This document shows, one piece after another, positions 9,114-18,242 of a stretch of 64,000 bases of DNA; position 1 is the stretch's first letter; each line of letters begins with the position of its first letter. The position numbers were made by a program, and so were the translations under genes. The notes beneath the pieces are model-generated. The model was not told where the DNA came from. It did no database searches and saw nothing but the letters and a program-made list of their open reading frames with translations. Origin of the DNA: a bacterium. GTDB taxonomy: Bacteria > Chlamydiota > Chlamydiia > Chlamydiales > SM23-39. The stretch spans positions 16,779 through 80,778 of the forward strand of contig JAJZPH010000001.1 in assembly GCA_021811265.1 (NCBI GenBank), written 5' to 3'.

Positions 9114-9755
9114 TTGGAAAAAGCGGAAATTGAAAGACTGCGTGCCATGAGTGTTTGGGAAGAAAATCTCTATGAGAAGGGCTACCGACGCATTGCAGGT
9201 GTGGATGAGGCAGGCAGAGGTCCTTTAGCAGGTCCCGTTGTTGCGGCAGCTGTCATTCTGCCCCACAATTTCTTAATGGAAGATCTGAATGATAGCAAAA
9301 AACTCCCTCCAAAGAAAAGGAAAGAGCTTTTTGCCAAGCTCACACACCACCCGGAAATTTTCTTTGGCGTTGGAATTGTCGATGCCAAAACTATTGATCG
9401 CGTCAATATCTTGCAAGCAACCTTTTTGGCAATGCAAGATGCTTTGCACCATCTACCCCATGCGCCCGATTTTGTACTTTTTGACGGCAATCAAACTCCT
9501 ACTGTTTCGGTTCCCCACAAGGCTTTGGTAAGGGGCGATGCACTTTCGCTTTCCATCGCCGCAGCATCTATTGTTGCCAAAGAGACAAGAGATGCAATCA
9601 TGGACGACTTTCATCATCGTTGGCCTGCCTATGGATTTAATCAGCACAGAGGATATCCAACGGAAAAACATATTTCTATTCTTCGCACTTTGGGGCCTTG
9701 TGAAATTTATCGCATGACATTTGAACCGGTAAGGATCTGTGGAGAAATAAAATGA
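9114..9755 (+). CDS. rnhB: ribonuclease HII
   Basis: IAGVDEAGRGPLAGPVV and DSKKL motifs. The TTG start at 9114 is plausible. Confidence 0.9.
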   Translation: MEKAEIERLRAMSVWEENLYEKGYRRIAGVDEAGRGPLAGPVVAAAVILPHNFLMEDLNDSKKLPPKKRKELFAKLTHHPEIFFGVGIVDAKTIDRVNILQATFLAMQDALHHLPHAPDFVLFDGNQTPTVSVPHKALVRGDALSLSIAAASIVAKETRDAIMDDFHHRWPAYGFNQHRGYPTEKHISILRTLGPCEIYRMTFEPVRICGEIK

Positions 9756-9819
9756 ACGATTTCACCACAGATCCTAAAAAGCTGCCAGGTAGATCGTCGA
9801 TCTTGAGAAAAAGAAGGTT

Positions 9820-9892
9820 TATACACAAAGAACTTGGAAAATCGGTTTCTAAAGCTACGCCAAAAACCGATTTTCCAAGTTCTTTGTGTATA
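9820..9892. repeat. family-A palindromic element, 73-bp copy
   Basis: Perfect 29-bp inverted arms tatacacaaagaacttggaaaatcggttt / aaaccgattttccaagttctttgtgtata around a 15-bp loop. Confidence 0.85.
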
Positions 9893-9920
9893 TGTATATG
9901 GCTCAAATGAAGAGGTGATT

Positions 9921-10565
9921 ATGAAACTAGTTTATTTCCAGCTATTCTTTTTTATGGTTTTTCTCGCCACTTGCGGAGGTGCTAAGGCGCCTACTCTTGG
10001 CGAAAATGCTCCTGCTTTTCATGTAAAAACTGCACAAGGGGAGGCTACTTTTCCCGATGATTTTCTTGGTGGTTGGACCCTTTTGATGAGCGTTCCTAAT
10101 ATCATGACGCCTGTGTGCTCCATGGAGCTGGCCAAGTGTGTACAAATGGCAGAACAATGGAAAGATCTTCATATCCGCACACTGGTTCTCACGTGTCATG
10201 AAAGTGCACAGCAGCAGTTTTGGTTGGAGAGTGTGTTGCAAAAAGAAAAGAAAAACGCTAGTGAAGAAAACCTTCCTTTTCTCGTGCCAGATCCTGAGAA
10301 AAAAATTGCACATCTCTATGGCATGATCCACCCCTTTGTAACTAACGAAAAACCCATACGTGCTCTCTTTGTCATAGATCCGGTGGGAAAGATTCGATTC
10401 GTTGCATTTTATCCAATGAAAAATGGCAGAAACTTCGAAGAGATCACGCGCATTATCGCTGCCATGCAACAGACGGATGCACATGGTGGAGCTGTGACCT
10501 TGCCAGATTGGAAATTGGGCGATGAGACTTCGATCTGTGTGCCCTGTACCCAGTTGCACAAGTAG
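9921..10565 (+). CDS. 1-Cys-type peroxiredoxin (AhpC/TSA family) with a signal/lipobox-like leader
   Basis: TPVC peroxidatic motif and RALFVIDP. N-terminus is MKLVYFQLFFFMVFLATCGG. I prefer the ATG at 9921, preceded by GAAGAGG, because the upstream extension runs through the repeat. Confidence 0.8.
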   Translation: MKLVYFQLFFFMVFLATCGGAKAPTLGENAPAFHVKTAQGEATFPDDFLGGWTLLMSVPNIMTPVCSMELAKCVQMAEQWKDLHIRTLVLTCHESAQQQFWLESVLQKEKKNASEENLPFLVPDPEKKIAHLYGMIHPFVTNEKPIRALFVIDPVGKIRFVAFYPMKNGRNFEEITRIIAAMQQTDAHGGAVTLPDWKLGDETSICVPCTQLHK

Positions 10566-10573
10566 ACAGATCC

Positions 10574-12163
10574 TTAATGAATTGCTTCTTTTTTTTCTTG
10601 TTGTACTGCTAGATGGATTTTTTCTTTCAAACTCTTTGACCCCGGGTTTGTTTTGAGCGCTTGCTGGTAGTAAAAAAGAGCATCTTTGATCTGTGCTGTT
10701 TGCATGTAAAGATCGGCAATTGCCTCAAAGAGACGAGGATTTTCCACCTCTTCGACTAATTCTTTATAAATCTCAAGGGCCTCTGCTGCTTTTTTTTCCT
10801 TTTTGAAAGCTTCGGCTGTTTCGATCAAGAATCTTTGGATGGGAAAAACTTTTTTGGGCATCGTTTTGCATAGGTCCAGCACTTTTGTATCCTCGTGCAT
10901 CATGAGGTAGGTCTTTGCCTCTTGGATCTGCGATCGGAAGTTTTTGGGATCTAGTCGATGGGCGGTGCGAAATGCAGCAGCTGCTTTCTCCATCTGGCAG
11001 AGCTTTTGAAAAATTTCTCCCATTTCCATATGGATTTTTGGATTGTTGGGTTCTTCTTGCACAAGGAGAAGATAATGAGTAAGAGACTTTTCCAGGTTTT
11101 TTTCCTGATGGTGGAATAATCGTGCTAGCATCAATCGTGCTTGAAAATCGCTGAAGCGTTTGGCAAGAGGAACAAAAGTTTTTTGCCCCCCCTCCGAAAA
11201 AGAACTGAGAAGCTCACATTTAGCTTCGTCCATTCTATATTCTTTTAAAAGGGAAAGTGCAAGCGCACGCCTCAAAAAACGATCGTGAGGTGTTTTTTCG
11301 ACTATTTTGCGAAATTCTTCTGTGGCTCTTGCATGTTTCTTATGGGAAAAGTAAAACTCAGCAAGTTCAAAGCGCACGGGAAGGTCGTCTGGTTTTTTTT
11401 CCAGGTAGAGCAAAAAGGCATGTTCTGCCTTATCGAGTAAATTTTCGCCTACATAGATTCTAGCAAGAAAGAGCATGGTGTTGGTATCGAGTTCTTGCTC
11501 GTCGATCTGTTTGATAATATCCAAAGCTGCCCAAGTTTTTTGCTGCACAAGAAAAAGATGTGCGACTTCTAAAGAAAGGGCTGGTGTATTTCTTTTTTCC
11601 AAAAGTTTCTGGTAGAGAAAGTAGGCCTCTTCGTAATTCTTTTCTATGAAAAGCACTTTGGCAAGTTCATGTTGCAGAGGGTCATTTTGGGGAGATATTT
11701 CTATCGCTTTTTTATACTCTTTAATGGCTTCTTGGGGTTTTCCTTGCCAAAAGAGCGCTCGTGCTAAAAGAAGATGCACGTAAGAGCTTTTTAGTTTTTT
11801 GATGGGGATCGTTTTTAAGAGTTTTTCTGCATCGGAGGGCATGTTTTCCAAAAGAAAAACCACTGCCACTTTCGTAAGCAGGTGAGCCTTTTGTCCGTCT
11901 CGTTTGAGTCGACTGATAAAAAGATCCAGCTTTTCATGATTTTTTCCGAGTTTGGTAAGGGTAGCAATAAAATGGGAAGCGAGCAGCTCTTCATCAAGCC
12001 CCCAGCGCAGAGATTGTAGGTAAGAAAAAAGGGCTGCTTCATAATGTTCTTTGAAAAAGAGGCTTTCTGCTTTTCTATAATAGTTCCACTTTTGTTGAAA
12101 AATGTGCGAAGTAATGCTTGCAATCATGGTGAAGACAAAAAGAACAAGAACGATTTTTCGCAT
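10574..12163 (-). CDS. TPR-repeat protein with an N-terminal membrane anchor or signal
   Basis: Repeated 34-aa A/Y/L-patterned helices (e.g. YEEAYFLYQKLLE, ALEIYKELV). Hydrophobic N-terminus. ATG at 12163 with GGAGAG upstream. Confidence 0.75.
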   Translation of the reverse strand: MRKIVLVLFVFTMIASITSHIFQQKWNYYRKAESLFFKEHYEAALFSYLQSLRWGLDEELLASHFIATLTKLGKNHEKLDLFISRLKRDGQKAHLLTKVAVVFLLENMPSDAEKLLKTIPIKKLKSSYVHLLLARALFWQGKPQEAIKEYKKAIEISPQNDPLQHELAKVLFIEKNYEEAYFLYQKLLEKRNTPALSLEVAHLFLVQQKTWAALDIIKQIDEQELDTNTMLFLARIYVGENLLDKAEHAFLLYLEKKPDDLPVRFELAEFYFSHKKHARATEEFRKIVEKTPHDRFLRRALALSLLKEYRMDEAKCELLSSFSEGGQKTFVPLAKRFSDFQARLMLARLFHHQEKNLEKSLTHYLLLVQEEPNNPKIHMEMGEIFQKLCQMEKAAAAFRTAHRLDPKNFRSQIQEAKTYLMMHEDTKVLDLCKTMPKKVFPIQRFLIETAEAFKKEKKAAEALEIYKELVEEVENPRLFEAIADLYMQTAQIKDALFYYQQALKTNPGSKSLKEKIHLAVQQEKKEAIH

Positions 12164-12387
12164 GAAACTCTCCACTAGATTTCTTTTAATCCTTTGCGCA
12201 TTCTTTGTCTAGTGGCCCGATTTGATGACCGCAATCGCTTGGTGCTATTGTATTCCACCCATGGATAGGTTTTAATGGCGTCATTGGATAAAGAGATTTT
12301 TTTTCTTCCTTTGGAGCGAGGAAGAAGAAAAGATAAGGATCTTTTTTCCTCTTCTCGCTATAAGTTTAATTGGAGTGGATAAAAACA

Positions 12388-14439
12388 ATGACAACCAAAA
12401 ACAGCTCTTTTTCCCCCCTCTTTGCAAAAGCGAAAACCTTTGGGGAAAAGCATTTGCTTTTGCAAAAAGAACCCTTCGTGCGTTCCTTTTTTCAGAGCAA
12501 CCATCCCTTGATCCCTCTCTTCGATCAATTGACACTCGAGGAGCGGACGGTGCTCGAAATCATGATTTTTTTGCAAAAAGCAGAACCTCTTTTTTCCTGG
12601 CCCTATGAAATCCATTCGGCTTTGTTTCCCTTGCAACTTTTGGCGCAAGATCTTTTGGCGGTTGAAAGATTTTTTCAATCTATTGGCGGGATTATTGGGT
12701 ATCACGAAAAAGTTTTAGAACTCTCCAAAGAAAAAAAAGAAAAAGAGGCCAACATTCGTTTTTTCAAGCCGGAAATGATCGATATTCGGCAAGAGACTCC
12801 AGAGGTGAAAGAAAAAATTTCTTCGGGACTCTTGCATTTGCCTGAATGCGCTGCCATTTTTCCAGTGGGAGGCGTTGGCGATCGTTTGGGTCTTGCCGAT
12901 CCCGAGACAAAAGAGGCCCTGCCAACCGCCATGCTTCCATTTTTGGGAAGAAGCTTATTTGAGGGACTCATACAGGATCTGTCGAGTTTAGAATATTTGT
13001 ATCAGCAAACTTTTGGCAAAGAAATCTTCATCCCCATTGTGGTCATGACCTCTCAGGAAAAGAAAAATCACGAACGCATTGTCTTACTTTGCGAAGCAAA
13101 TGGGTGGTTTGGAAGGCCCAAGGAGAGTTTTTGCTTCATTCGACAGATTTCTGTTCCCGTGCTGACGAAAAAAGGAGAGTGGGTTATTCCTGCTCCCTTG
13201 CAGCTTTGCTGGAAGCCAGGCGGTCATGGAATGCTTTGGAAGCTGATGCACGATGAGAAGGTTTTTGAGTGGCTTTTTTCCTTGGGGAAGACGAAGGCCT
13301 TTATCCGGCAGATCAACAATCCTGTCGCTGGTATTGATCATGGTCTTTTGGCTCTGATAGGCATGGGAGCTTCGGAGAAAAAGTCATTTGGGTTTGCCGC
13401 CTGTCCCAGAAGAGTGCATGCCGCAGAAGGAGTCAATGTCTTTCGGGAAAAAAGAGCAAAAGATGGCTATGCGTACGGATATTCCAATATTGAATATACC
13501 GATTTTGAAAAGTGGAATATTCAAGACGTTGCGGCTCCGGGAAGCTTTTTTTCGGAATATCCTTCCAATACCAATCTTCTCTACGTGGATTTGCAAGAAG
13601 CTCTGCAAGTGATCGAAAAAGAGCCTTTCGTCGGAATGATGCTCAATATGAAATCAAAATTTTCCACCATGCAAGCAGGTGGATCTTTCGTGGAAGAAAC
13701 TGGAGGAAGACTTGAATTGATGATGCAGGGCATTGCCGATTTTATGGCAGTACTCTCTCCTCTTCCCATAACCTTTCAGGATCCAAAAAAGCTCAAAACT
13801 TTTGTTCTTTTCAACGATCGAAAAAAAACTATTTCTACTACCAAGCGCTTGTTCGAAAATGAAGCATCATTTATGGAAACACCCGAGGGGTGTTTTTATG
13901 ACCTGCTTCAGAACCATTACGAACTATTGACAACAAAGTGCCACATGGAGCTTCCTCCATTGGCGACAGATAGAGATTTTTTTACCCACGGCCCCTCTTT
14001 TCTTACCCATCTGCACCCAGCATTGGGCCCGCTCTATTCGGTGATCCAAAAAAAAATTTTGGGGGGAAGGCTTTGTTATGGAGCCGAATTGTGGCTGGAG
14101 ATAGCCGATCTTTTCATGGAAAATGTAGAGATTGACGGGAGTCTGATCATTCGCGTCGTTGGTGCAGAGAAGAAATCTTTTTCTGGGAAATGCTTTTTGA
14201 AGAACGTGCATGTAGTGAATGGGGGTGTGGATACGCAAAAGCAGAATGTCTATTGGAAAAATCAGATTGAGAGAAAAGAGTCCCTTTGCATTTTTTTGCA
14301 CCAAGGTTCCGAGTTTGTTGCTGAAAACATGCTCTTCGAAAAAGATCAAAAGATCGAAGTGCCACCCAAAAGCCGCATGATAGCTGCAATGAAAAATGGA
14401 AAGCCTGTTTTTCATCTCGAGCAGGTCCAAATTCTTTGA
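12388..14439 (+). CDS. UDPGP-family (eukaryotic-type) nucleotide-sugar pyrophosphorylase, long form
   Basis: FPVGGVGDRLG (GGxGxRxG-like), WKPGGHG and INNP motifs are typical of the UTP-sugar-1-phosphate uridylyltransferase family. It carries extra N- and C-terminal regions. Confidence 0.6.
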   Translation: MTTKNSSFSPLFAKAKTFGEKHLLLQKEPFVRSFFQSNHPLIPLFDQLTLEERTVLEIMIFLQKAEPLFSWPYEIHSALFPLQLLAQDLLAVERFFQSIGGIIGYHEKVLELSKEKKEKEANIRFFKPEMIDIRQETPEVKEKISSGLLHLPECAAIFPVGGVGDRLGLADPETKEALPTAMLPFLGRSLFEGLIQDLSSLEYLYQQTFGKEIFIPIVVMTSQEKKNHERIVLLCEANGWFGRPKESFCFIRQISVPVLTKKGEWVIPAPLQLCWKPGGHGMLWKLMHDEKVFEWLFSLGKTKAFIRQINNPVAGIDHGLLALIGMGASEKKSFGFAACPRRVHAAEGVNVFREKRAKDGYAYGYSNIEYTDFEKWNIQDVAAPGSFFSEYPSNTNLLYVDLQEALQVIEKEPFVGMMLNMKSKFSTMQAGGSFVEETGGRLELMMQGIADFMAVLSPLPITFQDPKKLKTFVLFNDRKKTISTTKRLFENEASFMETPEGCFYDLLQNHYELLTTKCHMELPPLATDRDFFTHGPSFLTHLHPALGPLYSVIQKKILGGRLCYGAELWLEIADLFMENVEIDGSLIIRVVGAEKKSFSGKCFLKNVHVVNGGVDTQKQNVYWKNQIERKESLCIFLHQGSEFVAENMLFEKDQKIEVPPKSRMIAAMKNGKPVFHLEQVQIL

Positions 14440-14518
14440 AAACTCTTACCTTGAGGAAATTCTTGCTTTCGAGAGGCTTTCTAGTTAAAATTCAGCAGGT
14501 TTTACAAGAGAGATCTAT

Positions 14519-15406
14519 ATGTCACGCAGCATGACGGGTTTTAGTCGTCTGGTGAAAGAGACAAAAGAGGGGGGATTTGTTGGCGAAATTTCTTCTTTGA
14601 ATAAGAAATTTTTTGAAGTCAATCTCAATTTGCCCAAATGTTTTTTTCTTTATGAGATGGATTTGAGAAAAAAAATTGGAGAGAAAATTTCTCGCGGACA
14701 GCTTTTTCTTAGAATTTTTTTTACTCCGAAAACGGCAGAGCTTCTTTCTTTTTTGCCAGAACCAAAGCTACTGCAAACACTGAAGAAGGGGTGGGAAGAG
14801 AGGGCGAGTTTACTTGGTTTGGGTGAAAAAAGCATAGATCTTGGTTTTTTGGCAGAGCAGGCAAAAGATGTTCCTGTAGCTCCCGGTTGCATTGAAGATG
14901 ACAGAATCAAAAAAGAGCTTTTTTCTTTTGTAGATGCTCTTGTAGCAAAACTTGTGGAGACCAAGCAAAAAGAGGGAAGGCATCTTGTCATAGATATCCA
15001 AAAAAGATTGCGTGGCATTGAAAAAAGGATAGAAAAAATAGAGCAATTGGCAGCGAAGAGCGTTCCACGGTATCGAGAAAAGCTGCGCAAAAAGGTAGAA
15101 GAATATTTTACCGCCCAATCTGCAGATGAGGAGCGTTTGTTGAAAGAGGTTCTTCTATTTGCAGAAAGAATCGATATCACAGAAGAGCTGGTTCGTTTTC
15201 GCTCCCACCTGGTGCAAGTAGATAAGCTCTTGAGAGAAAAAAAAGAGAAAGAAATTGGTAGAAAATTGGAGTTTTTTGTGCAAGAATTTCATCGTGAGGT
15301 CAATACGATGGGATCCAAAACCCAAGAGGCATTGGTCTCGCAAGAAGTGGTAGAAATTAAGTGCGAACTGGAAAAAATTCGAGAACAGGTGCAAAACATC
15401 GAATGA
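14519..15406 (+). CDS. yicC: YicC-family stress-induced protein / endoribonuclease
   Basis: MTGFSR N-terminus and C-terminal REVNTMGSK...EIKCELEKIREQVQNIE signature. Confidence 0.85.
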   Translation: MSRSMTGFSRLVKETKEGGFVGEISSLNKKFFEVNLNLPKCFFLYEMDLRKKIGEKISRGQLFLRIFFTPKTAELLSFLPEPKLLQTLKKGWEERASLLGLGEKSIDLGFLAEQAKDVPVAPGCIEDDRIKKELFSFVDALVAKLVETKQKEGRHLVIDIQKRLRGIEKRIEKIEQLAAKSVPRYREKLRKKVEEYFTAQSADEERLLKEVLLFAERIDITEELVRFRSHLVQVDKLLREKKEKEIGRKLEFFVQEFHREVNTMGSKTQEALVSQEVVEIKCELEKIREQVQNIE

Positions 15407-16005
15407 AATTTTTAAACAGCCCAAAAACAGGTCTTTTGTTTGTGATTAGTGCTCCTGCAGGCACGGGTAAAAACACCTTGGTCAATCGCTTGAAGAAGGA
15501 GTTTACCTCTATTGCAGAAAGCGTCTCTTTTACCACTAGGCCACCGCGAGAAGGCGAAGTGGATGGGATTCATTACCACTTTGTTTCGCCAAGGGAGTTT
15601 CAAAAAAAAGTCAAAAATGGTGAATTTTTAGAACATGCACAGCTCTTTGATCACGATTATGGAACTTCAAAAGAAGAAATTCGAAGGTTGCAAAAAGAGG
15701 GCAAAGATGTAGTGCTTGTGATCGATACGCAGGGAGCTCTTTTTTTGAAACAGCATGTGGAGGGGATATTTATCTTCATTGAGCCTCCTTCATTAGAAGA
15801 GCTACGCCGTCGCCTGATATTGCGCAAAACGGAATCGGATGCAATGCTCGAAAAGAGGCTTTTGTGGGCAAAAGAAGAGATGAAAGCAGCTTTGCTGTAT
15901 GATTATCTTATTGTCAATGAAGATTTGGAAATTGCCTATCAGGTTTTGCGTTCGATTTTTATTGCAGAAGAGCATCGAATCAGAAAAAAAGGAGGAGAAA
16001 AATGA
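15403..16005 (+). CDS. gmk: guanylate kinase
   Basis: ISAPAGTGKNTL P-loop and SFTTRPPREGEVDGIHYHF. ATGA overlap with the yicC stop. Confidence 0.95.
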   Translation: MKFLNSPKTGLLFVISAPAGTGKNTLVNRLKKEFTSIAESVSFTTRPPREGEVDGIHYHFVSPREFQKKVKNGEFLEHAQLFDHDYGTSKEEIRRLQKEGKDVVLVIDTQGALFLKQHVEGIFIFIEPPSLEELRRRLILRKTESDAMLEKRLLWAKEEMKAALLYDYLIVNEDLEIAYQVLRSIFIAEEHRIRKKGGEK

Positions 16006-16181
16006 GTGCGGAACTACAGTTTTTGACCAATGAGCGTTTGAAGGGACGATTTGGTAACAATTTTGATATGATCAACATAGCGATTCAAATGGCCAAAGAG
16101 CACATTCGCAGCGCATCGCCTAAAAGTGTAGGAGAGTTGATCGATGAGCTCATACAGCTCTATCCGAAGTTGCAAAAATAG
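16002..16181 (+). CDS. rpoZ: 59-aa protein, probable divergent RNA polymerase omega subunit
   Basis: Below the ORF-track cutoff; found by manual translation (MSAELQFLTNERLKGRFGNNFDMINIAIQMAKEHIRS...). GNNFDMINIAIQMAKE resembles the omega core GNRFDLVLVAARRARQ. ATGA overlap with the gmk stop. The gmk-rpoZ adjacency is common. Confidence 0.55.
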   Translation: MSAELQFLTNERLKGRFGNNFDMINIAIQMAKEHIRSASPKSVGELIDELIQLYPKLQK

Positions 16182-16211
16182 ACGGAAAAGTAATCAAACC
16201 ATAGGAAATAG

Positions 16212-18242
16212 ATGTCAGAGAGAGTTCTAATTACATCCGCACTTCTTTATGCCAATGGCGCTCTTCATTTCGGGCATATTGCAGGAGCCTATCTGCCTGC
16301 TGATTGCTATGCTCGATTTCGCAGGCTTTTAGGTGATGATGTTCTTTACATTAGCGGTTCTGATGAGTATGGAATTGCGATTACCCTGAGCGCAGAGCTT
16401 GCCCATAGGTCTCCCGAAGAGCATGTGGATATTTATCATGCACTCAACCAAGAGATCTTCCGCCAGTTGAATTTTTCTTTTGACCACTATTCGCGCACCA
16501 CATGGGAAGGTCATACCAAAACGGTGCAGGATTTTTTCAAGGTTTTACTGAAAAACGGATTTGTGGAAGAGAGGACCGAAAACCACCTATATTCCGAAGA
16601 GGAAAAGCGGTTTTTGGCCGACCGTTATGTGGTAGGCATTTGTCCTAAATGCGGCCATGAAAATGCAAGGGGAGACGAGTGTACAAAGTGTGGCTCTACC
16701 TATGAAGCTACCGATCTTAAAAACCCAAGGTCCAAGCTGACCGGATCTTGCCTTGTATTGAAGCCGAGCAAGCACTGGTATTATCGCTTTGACCTTTTCA
16801 AAGAAAGGCTGTCTGAGTGGCTATCCAAAAAGAATTGGAAGAGCAATGTGATGGCCTTTACTAAAAATTATCTGGATGATTTACATCCTCGTGGAATTAC
16901 GAGGGATTCTACTTGGGGAGTCCCCATTCCACTGGAAGGAACGGAAGGAAAAGTTTTTTACGTTTGGTTTGATGCTCCTATTGGCTATATTTCAGCAGTA
17001 AAAGAGTGGGCCGAAAAGGTGGAGCGTAATCCCGATCTTTGGAAAAAATATTGGTTGGATCCCTCCTGCAAGTTGGTCCATTTTATCGGAAAGGACAACA
17101 TTCCTTTCCACACTCTCTTTTTCCCCGCCATGTTGATGGGGCAAAGTCTTGAATATAAACTGCCCGACGAGGTTCCTGCCAATGAGTTTTTTACGCTTGA
17201 AGGAAGGCGTTTTTCCAAATCGGACAACTGGACGATTGATCTAGATGATTTTTTTAATAAGTATACAAGCGACCAGATTCGCTATTATTTAGCTGCCAAC
17301 GCTCCCGAGACGGCCGATACCGATTTTTCTTGGAAAGATTTTCAGCTGCGTTCGAATGGAGAACTTTTGGGAAAGTTGGGGAATTTCGTAAATCGCGTTC
17401 TTGTTTTTGCACACAACCATTGTGAAAAAAAAGTGCCAGAAGAGCCTTCGTTAAAAAGCGAAGATCATCAATTTTTACAAGAAATTGCGCGCCATGTAGA
17501 TCTTGCAAGAGAGTCTTTTTCAAATTTTCAGCTGAGAAGATCGACGCAAATTTTGATGGAACTGGCGCAGTTGGGAAATGTCTATTTTGATTTTCACAAG
17601 CCCTGGCTTCTTGTGAAAGATCCGACGCAAAAAGAGCGCATGTTTTCCGTGATCTATTGTTGTCTTCAATGCATCCAGAGTTTGGCATTGGTTGCATTTC
17701 CGATCATTCCCGACTCTGCACAAAAGATATGGGAAATGCTAGGAGAAAAAAGGCTTCTTTCCGAAGAGCTTTGGGATCAGGTGAAGACAAGGCTTCTTCC
17801 TCCTAAGAGAAACTTGCAACAAGTGCATATTTTATTTCGCAAAATCGAAGACAGCGAAATTGAAGAGGAGATCAAAAAACTAAAAACAATGTCGCAAAAA
17901 GAATCTTTCCCATCGGTTAGAAATACGATTCCTTTTGAAGATTTTGAAAAGGTGGACCTTCGCGTTGGAGAAATCCTTGGCGCAGAGCCGATCTCTAAAT
18001 CAAAAAAGCTCTTCAAGTTGAAGGTGGACCTTGGTTTTGAAACAAGGCAGATTGTCTCGGGAATTGCCCATCGTTTTGAAGCAGAATCGCTTATCGGGAA
18101 AAAAGTAGTGGTGGTTGCCAATTTACAACCAGTGACTTTGATGGGAGTAGAGAGCCACGGTATGATTTTAGTAGGGGGTTTGGGTGAAACGATGGAACTG
18201 CCCCTTCTTCAATCGTTGAAACCCGGGAGTAGCATTTCATAA
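16212..18242 (+). CDS. metG: methionyl-tRNA synthetase with a C-terminal tRNA-binding (EMAP/Trbp111-like) domain
   Basis: HFGHIAG (HIGH), zinc knuckle CPKCG...CTKCG, RFSKS (KMSKS), and a C-terminal DLRVGEI...KLFKLKVDLG domain. Confidence 0.97.
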   Translation: MSERVLITSALLYANGALHFGHIAGAYLPADCYARFRRLLGDDVLYISGSDEYGIAITLSAELAHRSPEEHVDIYHALNQEIFRQLNFSFDHYSRTTWEGHTKTVQDFFKVLLKNGFVEERTENHLYSEEEKRFLADRYVVGICPKCGHENARGDECTKCGSTYEATDLKNPRSKLTGSCLVLKPSKHWYYRFDLFKERLSEWLSKKNWKSNVMAFTKNYLDDLHPRGITRDSTWGVPIPLEGTEGKVFYVWFDAPIGYISAVKEWAEKVERNPDLWKKYWLDPSCKLVHFIGKDNIPFHTLFFPAMLMGQSLEYKLPDEVPANEFFTLEGRRFSKSDNWTIDLDDFFNKYTSDQIRYYLAANAPETADTDFSWKDFQLRSNGELLGKLGNFVNRVLVFAHNHCEKKVPEEPSLKSEDHQFLQEIARHVDLARESFSNFQLRRSTQILMELAQLGNVYFDFHKPWLLVKDPTQKERMFSVIYCCLQCIQSLALVAFPIIPDSAQKIWEMLGEKRLLSEELWDQVKTRLLPPKRNLQQVHILFRKIEDSEIEEEIKKLKTMSQKESFPSVRNTIPFEDFEKVDLRVGEILGAEPISKSKKLFKLKVDLGFETRQIVSGIAHRFEAESLIGKKVVVVANLQPVTLMGVESHGMILVGGLGETMELPLLQSLKPGSSIS

